The notes beneath the pieces were generated by a model. It had not been told where the DNA came from. It was given only the letters and a program-made list of their open reading frames with translations, and ran no database searches. A stretch of DNA of 60,359 nucleotides, counting the filler, from Asterionella formosa (taxonomy: Eukaryota), in assembly GCA_002256025.1 (NCBI GenBank). It is 8 parts of 8 records of this genome, joined end to end, with 100 filler letters (N's around TTAATTAATTAA, not from the genome) between each part and the next. Parts side by side here need not be neighbours in the genome. Positions count along the whole stretch, not along the records: positions 45,387 to 52,818 come from NKIB01012448.1; positions 52,919 to 60,359 come from NKIB01012449.1; 6 more parts are not named here. One strand, 5' to 3'. The translations under genes were made by a program, and so were the position numbers. The number at the start of each line of letters is the position of its first letter. Position 1 is the stretch's first letter. Below are positions 50,961 through 60,359 of the stretch, piece after piece.

Positions 50961-50999
50961 TAGACTGTTTCTGAGTAGGTAGTAGCAGTTACAACCACT

Positions 51000-52133
51000 T
51001 CAAAAATTAGGTTCCGCCGAAAACATCATGGGTGCTCCCGAGATTGGATGAAACATACAAAGTCGTTCGGCATGAAGACATAATGGCAAACCTAGTGCAT
51101 GAATGGATTCTTGAAGGCTACTGGAGGCTCGTTGTGGAAAAAGATTCTCCATCACTTGATGGTCTACTCCACCATCCTTACTGCCAGCCCCTCCATGGCC
51201 ATAAATATCATCTCCCACAATGGCATGGCCCATGGAGGCACAATGCACACGTAGTTGATGAGTCCGTCCAGTGTACGGTGTGAGTTCCATTCTTGTGACT
51301 GGCAGTTGGCCAGGAAGATACTCTCTCGACATGACACGAAAGTATGTTAAGGAAGGTTTGGGAGCTTGCGAGATTAATTTTCCGACCCCACCATTAGCAG
51401 CAGTTCTTTCTATTGTCCCACCATCACGACAAACCCGCATAAATGGTACATGATGGGGGTCACGTTCTAATGGTAAATCTATTTCTCCCTCTGGAGCACT
51501 CACATGTCCACATACAAGCGCATGGTAGGTCTTTTTGACAGTTCGTTCCCGAAAATCTTCATGCAGTCGTCGAAGTACGTCATCGTCCAATGCATATACC
51601 ACAATCCCACTTGTGTCCATATCCAATCGATGCACTACCATCTTATCTACATCTCTTTCTAATTGAAGAACTTGATGCAACAGATTTGCCATGTTTGGAT
51701 TCCGACGAGGTCCAGGAACAGAGAGTGCCCCCGATGGTTTATGTATCACAACAATGGCATCATCTCGGTACAGTATGTGCAATTGTGCCAACGAAAGCGG
51801 TTTGGCAGCACGTTCTTGAGCGTGTATGCGTTCGTTGTTGGAATCCAAAATGCTGCTTGGCCGTGGTGGTGGTGGCAATCGATCGCCATGATAGTGTTGT
51901 AGAGGAAGAATACTGTGCGACCAATTGTTGACATTCCGGATAGTCACTTGACGATTGGTACAGGGTGCGACAGATATAGGGAATCGATCGAATTTGTTGG
52001 AAACGCTCTCGTTGGCTATCTTTACTGACTCTTTCTTTACGAAGGATCGTTTTGGTGAAGATGGCAACATCATCAGCCCCTTCGATGCAGAGGGAAGGAT
52101 AACACAGATAATCGCCAATGTAACCTTTGTCAT
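51000..52133 (-). CDS. RluA-family RNA pseudouridine synthase, probably organelle-targeted
   Basis: [39 protein letters not shown] and LCLHA. Start chosen at MTKVTLAII (hydrophobic leader); the frame is open further upstream. Confidence 0.9.
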   Translation of the reverse strand: MTKVTLAIICVILPSASKGLMMLPSSPKRSFVKKESVKIANESVSNKFDRFPISVAPCTNRQVTIRNVNNWSHSILPLQHYHGDRLPPPPRPSSILDSNNERIHAQERAAKPLSLAQLHILYRDDAIVVIHKPSGALSVPGPRRNPNMANLLHQVLQLERDVDKMVVHRLDMDTSGIVVYALDDDVLRRLHEDFRERTVKKTYHALVCGHVSAPEGEIDLPLERDPHHVPFMRVCRDGGTIERTAANGGVGKLISQAPKPSLTYFRVMSREYLPGQLPVTRMELTPYTGRTHQLRVHCASMGHAIVGDDIYGHGGAGSKDGGVDHQVMENLFPQRASSSLQESIHALGLPLCLHAERLCMFHPISGAPMMFSAEPNF

Positions 52134-52918
52134 GACATGAATGCTTGAGTCTGACCTCTGTCGCTTGCAGTTGTTATTAACAGAGCGTTGTATCGTCCGA
52201 ATACTGACGAATCCATTCATGATCTGTTGCAATCGAATACCGGTATGTAGTAGGAGTACCTGATACCATACTCTAACAATAGTCCACCGGCCTGTAATGG
52301 TGTGTTTTTTCTTTCCAAGGCAGAAAGTGGTGTAAAATGAGGTGGTGTTCGTGATGGGAAATGTACATTATACCGTAATTGGTAAAATTAAACCCAAGTT
52401 GTATTTTCCCGTAGGCCTCTGGTATGTGTCTACTGGGTCATGTTAATACTGGCACGGTATTGATCTGAAAATACTAGTGGAAGCACCGTGTTACAACAGT
52501 ATTTGCCAGTAGAAAAATTAAACCCGGTTTAACTGGGGGTTTAATTTTTTGGTTTAATTAAACCATAACTGTACGCACGATCATCGTAGGAATATACACT
52601 GTACCTGGTACCTGGTACCGGTCGTTTACACAAATTAAACCCCATCCTCATTCATGTACCGGTACTGGTACCTGGTACCTGGTACTCGGTACTTCGGTAT
52701 GCAGCAGCAGTAAGGAGAGGAAGGTGTGACTGATGGGACACCAACAGCAGGTGAAGGAGGGAAGTCTGAGCTGCCAGTTTGCTTTTGGAACTATATACTT
52801 GGGTTGCACTGCCTCCCANNNNNNNNNNNNNNNNNNNNNNNNNNNNNNNNNNNNNNNNNNNNTTAATTAATTAANNNNNNNNNNNNNNNNNNNNNNNNNN
52901 NNNNNNNNNNNNNNNNNN

Positions 52919-53519
52919 ATATTGGACCGAAATCTTCAGCATCAACATCCATTTCTACTTTCTCAATTGAAGTAGATGATGAACCTTTGTTTACCTGTTC
53001 CCTCAATCATCCAATTTTGGCAGACAATATTCAATATCCTCTGGAATATTACTCAATACATGATAGACAATTGCTGGATATACAATTGATTCTCAATCAA
53101 ACAACTCATCTCATTCTCAATCAACAAACCAAACACATCTGTTAAATTTTCCCTCTATCAATTTTCATCATATACATTTCATGTATTTTGTAAAGAATCC
53201 AGGAGATACTTGATGTATTGTTATTCCTACATCACTATCGAATCCTATGGTACAGTTACTTTTCAACAAACTATGCATACAACGGAACGAATTAATATCC
53301 ATTACATCAAACCTTTTCAAAGGTAAAAGGTTTTCCCTTGGTGTGGGAGAGTGAGCGATCTTGCGCATCAATACAGATGTATATAGGGTTAGTGTTATAT
53401 CATATATGTATCAGAACTCAATAATGAGAGAACTCGACTAACCCTCATTGTATACTTTGGTGTCGACTTGGAGAACGAGTTACACACAAGGATTAACAAA
53501 TAAGCTCATATATTCAACA
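52919..53519 (+). mobile_element. Possible Gypsy-like pol remnant followed by a short putative LTR (about 53351-53519)
   Basis: Decayed frame CIVIPTSLSNPMVQ resembles an integrase zinc-binding region. GGGAGAG purine run, then a TG...TTCAACA segment containing TATATA. Confidence 0.35.
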
Positions 53520-54276
53520 AATACTACTACTTCTAGTTAGATACTTCACATACATGTGATGGGACATACCGGTACTAGTAAAATATTACAAGCATTTGTA
53601 TCATGTACCGGTAGATCGGTAATGAATTTTTGACAGGCACTCCATGCTAACGTCATATTGTCGCTGCACCACATTGAGACCTAGTGGTACCTGGTACCAG
53701 GTTGTACCTGGCAATGGTGCGTACAAACCATCCCACGTATGGAAATCTCTTGGCAGATGCGCGCATGCATTGTCTTTGAGGAGCCGCGCGCTGGCGATGT
53801 TGTGAGATCTCATCAACGCAGGGGAGGAGGGAACATAACTACCGGTACCAGGTACCGATACCTGCAACTTGCGGTCATTTTGCTTAAATAAGCAGTTTAA
53901 TCAGGGATAAAAAAGCTAAAATGTTAGTTAGGCAAAATTATCGCAACTTGCTTATTCTATGCATCGCTCATGGCTGAATGACTGGCTGATGTGATGTCGT
54001 GTTTACGTTCTGTTTGTTATGGTTTATGCCGGACTGAGCACCTGATAATATGTACGTTTTGATGTTGAATTCCACTCCTGGTCCGATTCTTGCCCCTGTT
54101 TGCGTGTACAGGAGTGATACCAGTAGTATGAAAATACTATGCTGCTGCTGTGGTGATGTTGTTTGCTGTATGATGACTGTGGCTGATGACAATGATGCTT
54201 GGCGCCGGCCGAATGGTGCGCTCTTTTTATTTACCACATGTCTTCAATCGGTAGCATCCAACATTGGCAATCAATC

Positions 54277-55536
54277 ATGAGCCGTCCCATCAATATCGTA
54301 ACAATTGCAACTATCCTTTTAGCAGGATGCCTAGTATCTGCTCGAGTTGAGAATTTGTTTGCATTTTCTCCACCATCAGCTGGTTTCCTCATGGGGAAAA
54401 GAACGTTTCCCTCCCATGGACAAATGACGAGGAACCCTTATTTTGCTTTGAATGCTACTACTGATGTTGAAACTCATAGTACGACTGAACAATGTTTTTG
54501 GAAAACACCAGGGGGGCGGTGGGAACCACGAGTGGATATTCAAAATCTTCGTATAGGTCAAAATCTGACAGGAGTTGTCTTTCAGGAATTACTGAATGGC
54601 ACGACAGGACCAAAACGTAAGTGTTTATGAAGCAGAGCAAGAGCTGCAGTACTCTTTTATGGTTGTACCGGTTCCATCGTTTGCAAAGCTATACTTGTAC
54701 GAATTTCTTTTCTTTTTAAAATTCTTGTTCACTTGGCTCGTTTTCTTTTTTCTCTAGTCTTTTTGGATTGTGGTATTGGTCGAAGGGACAAACAGGAAAA
54801 GTGGCAAATTGTTACTGGTATGTTGAGATTGGGAGGAAAGGGAATGAAGGAATCTGTCATTAACAAAAAGGCCACCAAACTGCGGAAAAAGGCCCTGGGA
54901 ATCTCAGTCTTTGTGAGCAAAATTTACAAAATGTCCGCTCGAATTGAAGTTGTGACGGATGAGGAACTGATCCAACAGGAACCACCCTTAGTGAGTGTTT
55001 CTTCATTGAAGAAGAACCAAGAAGTAGTAGGAACCGTGGTTCGATTGGAAAACTTTGGAGCTATCGTTAATGTAGGAGCCAATCGCTGTGGTCTTCTACA
55101 TATTCAAAGGGTCGCTGACCTGTATGGCAGGTATATTGACAAAGTAAAAGGGCTACAAGACGCTGGATTGGAAGTAGGAGCTCGGATACGTGTACAAGTT
55201 GCGGAATTGGACAAACGACGGCTCTTTCTCGATTTTACTGCGGATGTCAGGAAGGAAGCTGCGGACGAACGACAACGAAAAGCGGAGGAATTGCAGAAAC
55301 AGAAGGAAGCGAGAATGAAATCTTTCGCTCTGGCCCAACAAGCTGCTGTCGTTGATTCTAGTGAACCAGCATCGCAGTCTACGTTGGAAGTGTCAGACGA
55401 GGAAGCTGCGGCCTGGGCTGCGTATGCTGCAGGTGATACCGATGTTGATGAGCCAGAGGACGACGAGGATGACGAATATGACGACGAGGATGATGATAAC
55501 GCAATCGAGGATGCCCTCGGACTTGGCAGCTGGTAG
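54277..55536 (+). CDS. S1-domain RNA-binding protein with acidic tail; exons 54277-54616 and 54758-55536
   Basis: S1 motif VVGTVVRLENFGAIVNVGANRCGLLHI...RIRVQV..LDKRRLFL. Intron 54617-54757 gives GPKLFLDCG. Signal peptide plus FAF motif suggests plastid targeting. Confidence 0.85.
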
Positions 55537-57105
55537 ATCCACTAGTACTAGCTAGGATAGGAAGTCCTTTCTAGAAATCATTAGCGAAACCAGCACAATG
55601 CACTTGCAGCCATGAAGGGCTGATTTGATGAGTCATATTGTATCCAGCAAAATATCATTACTTCGACGCAACACCGACATGTCCACTGCTGAAGTGTGTA
55701 CCAGGTAGACCCGGTAGTGACTCCATTCTATACCGTACGTAGCTACCGGTATTGAATGTGGTAAGCTTCTTATTTTGCCGTACTACCCGGTATATGCATT
55801 ACTCTTGGTATCGTAAAGGTACCAGGTGCTGTACTTTGATATTGACCACCTGTACGGTGTGTATGGGTATTGTGTATACTCTACTCCCGGTATTCACACA
55901 CGCAAAATATTAAATGTTTGATAGCCAGCACAGTGGAAAGTGAGTTCATTCTTGATTTGGGATACTGTCGGAATCATTTGCATATTTGATTGGTTATTTT
56001 CACGACAACGTGGCTGATCTGTGATGTGATACTACCGGTACCTGGTACCAGTACCCATGCCCAAAAGTGTCGTGAACACATTTCGATACCCATGCCCCGC
56101 TCAATTCGCTGATCATCCCGGTAGATCAAATCATTCGCTTTGAAAGGTTTTCTTTATGAACACACGCACTGGCCAAGAGGATTGATATAAAGGACAGGTA
56201 ATAAGTAATTCAGTGTACCGGTATGTCATTAAGCCATGACTAATTCCGCAATAAAACAAGCAGGTCCTTGGCGTCGTACTCCGAGTTCTGAGTATGTCGA
56301 AAGCACGACATAATTTCAGATGCTAATGCGAGCGAGAAAGGCGACCATATTTATATCGACATATGGATACTTTATATGAAAATCAATGATTCTAATGCGA
56401 GCTAGATAGGCGATGACATTGGCTATTCTATATATATAAATATATATAATGCAATGGTTTATCAATGATCCACAATTCGAGTTTCATTTATGTATTTGTC
56501 TAATTGGTCTACTATCATTCACACATACTCTGTACCATTACACACACCTTTACCAACACTGCGATTTAAATGGAGCGTGATGACATGAAAAATTGCATCT
56601 TCGTGTAGAATGAATAAATTATAGGAAGAAAGATTGGTGCTTGCTTGCTTTTGCCTTAGTGTTTCAATGTTCTTGTACGCCATTGGTGATTAGAAGAAAA
56701 GGCCTCGCCGCCTCATAATCCCTCAACGCCAACTCCGACCAAGGATTGTGGACATAGTTTCTTTTTTCCTCTTCCTCATTCTAGTTGTTTTCTCGTTTCT
56801 CGTCGCTCATCTAGACAAACCAGGTACTGACTTCTTATAGCCTGGCTGCATTACACCCTCGTCAACAAAGAAGTAACTTCGAAGGTGCGTGTGTACTACT
56901 TACACTAACATGATGAGATCCACACACACTTAGTTGTCGTCACAGCCGATGATGTATGCCATTGCCGAATCCTTCCATATTGCTTGGCGGCTGATCAGAG
57001 GATCATTGCATTTGCTTTCCGCTGCTAAGAACGCTAACACCAATCTCCGGCGTACTTGTCTTCTTCACTGCTGCAGATCAAAAAGAAACTCTCCAACCTA
57101 CAACC

Positions 57106-58453
57106 ATGAATGCAACTTCTAACAGAGTTCCACCATCGCCTGCTACTCCCATGGTGCGGACTTTGGTTGCTTCAGTAAAAGAAAAGGTCGCTGTCAAAAC
57201 AACGTCTCAACCTCTGATTTCAAGGAAGAGAAAAGGAAAGAAGAAACAAGAGGTACGCTTGAAGGAAATTGCTCTGCGTTGCATGTCGTTTTGAGTTCTT
57301 AGTTGCTCTTGATGGCTTGCTATAGCACTCGCTATCTCAGATCAGATCAGACGTTCGTTTCAGTCAGTACCTACTTGCACTATACTAGTAGGTATTGTAT
57401 GGTTTCCATGGCATACTAATACCAGAAACAAGCTAACACTCTTCTTTGCTTGCTACCTTACTACTACTACTCTGCTCCTTCACCGTCTTGTCCTTCCAGG
57501 GAAAACCCAAGAGAGCCTTATCTGCGTACAACTTCTTTTTCAAGCAAGAAAGGAAGCATATTCTTGACAGACGAGAACGCTGTCCGTCCGTTAAAACTCG
57601 CAAATCCCATGGAAAGATTGGATTTGCTGATTTGGCTCGTTCTGTGGCTGCACAGTGGAATTCTCTTAAAACGATCGACAAGAAAGACTTTGAAATGGAA
57701 GCTAAACTGGACTCTGAAAGATATACTAAGGAATTGCAAATCTGGTCGGAGAAAATGAAGACTCTTCCTTCAACATCAACATTATCAGATAAGGGGGACA
57801 ATGATGAAAAATCGCCTTTTTTCACCGAGGAGGCAACCTTCATGCTCAAGGAGGAGGATCCTATGATTGCGGATATGGAAGTAGACGACGATGACATGCC
57901 ATTGTTGTTTAACAATACCGAGAACAATGAATATACTGATACGCCCAATAGTATCGTTTACCTTGTTTCTCCCTCTCCATTGAACCACGAACAACGTGAT
58001 CTCCCTTCAATCGAGGACTCTGGTTCCCCCACTCCATCATTTCTTCCAGACTTTTCTGACATGCAGGACTGTTTCTTCCATATCTCCAACAGCAGGCCCA
58101 TACTCGAACCGCGCAATGTTGTTACTCCCTACAATAAATTCACCATGATGCATTCCGAGCATGATAATTGGATGAAGGACTCCTCCTTATCGTCCCAACA
58201 TCATCCATTCGAAATTTTGGAGCACCAACAGGCCATGATGCTTGCGGCGCCTTTGTTTCATCATCCTTATCATCGAAATGAACACCACATTGAAGGATAC
58301 GATCCTGGTGATAATTTGGATTCTGTGAATGCTACTGAGAGTAACACTGACACTCATTTCTACAACGAGCTCAACAAGTCACTATCTGAATTGGCATCTG
58401 ATTTGGATGACGATTGTCTTGATATGTTGTCACATTTTAAAAGTATTCGCTAA
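57106..58453 (+). CDS. HMG-box protein; exons 57106-57252 and 57500-58453
   Basis: GKPKRALSAYNFFF...HGKIGFADLARSVAAQW...ERYTKEL is a diatom-type HMG box. GT-AG intron 57253-57499 is in frame. Confidence 0.88.
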
Positions 58454-58533
58454 GAACATGAGTTCAAAAATCGGATAAACACAAAAAAGGGGAAAGGCAC
58501 GATGGAGACAGGGCTCCATATTTTTGTGCCTTT

Positions 58534-58581
58534 GGGGGGGGGGGGGGGGGGGGGGGGCGGGGGGGGGGGGGCGGCGGGGGG
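58534..58581 (+). repeat. Poly-G tract
   Basis: About 48 nt of G with three interrupting C, in the spacer between convergent genes. Confidence 0.85.
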
Positions 58582-58813
58582 AGCTGACCTACTGGGGCGA
58601 AGGGAAGAACATTTGAAAATTTTGAGAATGTCCAAATGTTGACATAGCCAACATCATGGGACTAGCTTTATTAAATAAATATTTCTAGTTTTGAAGAAGC
58701 TATTACATTAGATGGATGAACACATCATCATTCTGGCACATCAACTATACCACACTTACTTTTGAGTCTTAATTACGCAATATATGTTACCGGAAGTGCT
58801 CAATATTCAATTT

Positions 58814-59326
58814 TTATTTCTCTTCGATTGAAAAATCAAACTGAACGCCTCCACCATTGGCATAATACTGTTGAATTCCCTCTTTCAATTCCTTCATAGT
58901 CTTGCAATCATGACAGTACTTTCTATTTTCCATTGGAACACACCGATCGGTCATGCAAATATGAGCACGACGGAATTCTGGAGGGATGGAAAAGGACCAA
59001 ATGCACACCAACAGAGCTGCGATTAGAATGGGAATCCCTCGTGTGGTACCGTCCAAGTCGCTGTTATTGTTGGTTTGATGCATTGCAGAAGGACTGCTTG
59101 ACTTAATGCTACCGTAACTACCGGTAGTTGATGGCGTGAAAATGTTGCGAAATCCATGACTGTGACGATTACTGCCAAAATGAAAATGGGAATACCGGTG
59201 GCTGCTGTTGGTAGTGCTGGATCTCGTCGTTGTGGAAAAGGCCAATCCTATTGTCGTCGAGGTTCCAACTAGTAACAACATCACAACTAATAAAAATAAC
59301 ATTGACGGATGTTTGTTGGTCGTCAT
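58814..59326 (-). CDS. Small protein of unknown function with signal peptide, Ser/Thr-rich transit-like region, one TM helix and a Cys-containing C-terminus
   Basis: 170-aa ORF; hydrophobic leader ending GLAF; TM GIPILIAALLVCIWSF; then SIPPEFRRAHIC...C...CHDC. Confidence 0.65.
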   Translation of the reverse strand: MTTNKHPSMLFLLVVMLLLVGTSTTIGLAFSTTTRSSTTNSSHRYSHFHFGSNRHSHGFRNIFTPSTTGSYGSIKSSSPSAMHQTNNNSDLDGTTRGIPILIAALLVCIWSFSIPPEFRRAHICMTDRCVPMENRKYCHDCKTMKELKEGIQQYYANGGGVQFDFSIEEK

Positions 59327-59644
59327 CGTGCTTCGTCTGATTGCTTCTATAATAATTAAGTCATTCGACGTATATCATCAGGTGGAAAATACTTACTTTG
59401 TACTCGGAGTATAAATATATTCATTAATAAACGTTAAAATGATGCTTATTACCTGTCAGCCAATCAATATGTATCTCCAATACTGCCCTGGAATGACCAA
59501 TCAAGATCTTTCTCGCGCCGCTCGTTTGCGTATTATTCTGCTATATAAATCCTGTCTATTTCCTTTTAGACATTCCTCAGACTACCGGTACCTAGTCTTC
59601 GGACACCTGTCGACATCAACAGCCTAACAGACACACTCTGACAA

Positions 59645-59792
59645 TGGACGGAATAATGTGGACGATTTTTCCCACACCAGATTTGAAATGCCGGGTTTAT
59701 GCTAGTCTAAGTAGTCCACCAGTCGTAGATCATTTCCATACCGGTAATGCATTTACCGGTATGCTGTACAGTAGACAATAAATATCACATCA
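59645..59792 (-). repeat. Dispersed ~145-bp repeat, copy 2
   Basis: Close match to the reverse complement of 3003-3145. Confidence 0.9.
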
Positions 59793-60359
59793 TACGTGCT
59801 ATACCGCCCATGTCCTTAGGGCCGTTCTTATCATTCTGTTATTTGTTGTCATTGGTGTATCATCGCCGAAATATGATACAAAAATGGCGGTTTGGTTTTT
59901 TTTTGTGTATCACCAACGGTTTTTTTGGTCTGATCACCGGTGTATCATGGGTGTATCACTGATACAGTTTTTGGACCCCTGACCAATGCTGTATCACTGA
60001 TCAAGCCGTTGATCACTGTGTATCACGTCCGTTGCCACTGATAAAATAACTGTAAATACGCAAGCACAACACTATTAAATATTGCGCCAACTATTTTTTG
60101 TTATATATATACTACGGTACTCTGTATACATTACCTTTCAGCTTCGTGAGTCATACAAGAATCAGTAGTCCGCTCATCTCTATACCAATCTTCCGACATC
60201 GACTATATCTCGATTAATTGGCGCAATGAGCAGCAAAGTAGTGGGTACGGCTGAAACTTCTGATGCTGCCTCTATTCGCATTGATTCGGAAGAGAAGCAA
60301 TGCGTTGTAGCTGATGAGGACGTCGAAGATATTGTTGAGTTGTCTACTGCTGATCCAAC

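Overview
Eukaryotic nuclear DNA, very likely from a diatom: the genes have short GT-AG introns and bipartite 'ASAF'-type plastid presequences, and CoDi-like Copia remnants are present. The window is not one continuous locus. It is eight segments of about 7.43-7.48 kb joined by identical 100-nt linkers (44 N + TTAATTAATTAA + 44 N), so adjacency across linkers is not evidence. Intact genes: an IPC/sphingomyelin-synthase-like gene convergent with a TLC-domain gene, IAH1-like SGNH esterase, plastid PPR-SMR protein, PRP19, type II peroxiredoxin, plastid class Ib aspartate/prephenate aminotransferase, RUVBL2, plastid aspartate-semialdehyde dehydrogenase, RluA pseudouridine synthase, an S1-domain protein, an HMG-box factor and a small unknown protein. 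About half of the sequence is decayed transposon DNA. It includes three pieces of a Kolobok-type family (GG...CC ends next to TTAA, DDE transposase, KolX-like second ORF), one carrying a tRNA-headed SINE-like insertion, plus Copia, Gypsy-like, pogo-like, Crypton-like, Plavaka-like and CACTA-ended remnants. The most unusual signals are dense chains of GGTACC/CCWGG/ACCGGT palindromes in gene-flanking DNA, a 187-nt rod-like fold-back with strand-specific G-U pairs, and the structured SINE-like insert. No clearly new protein-based system is supported.
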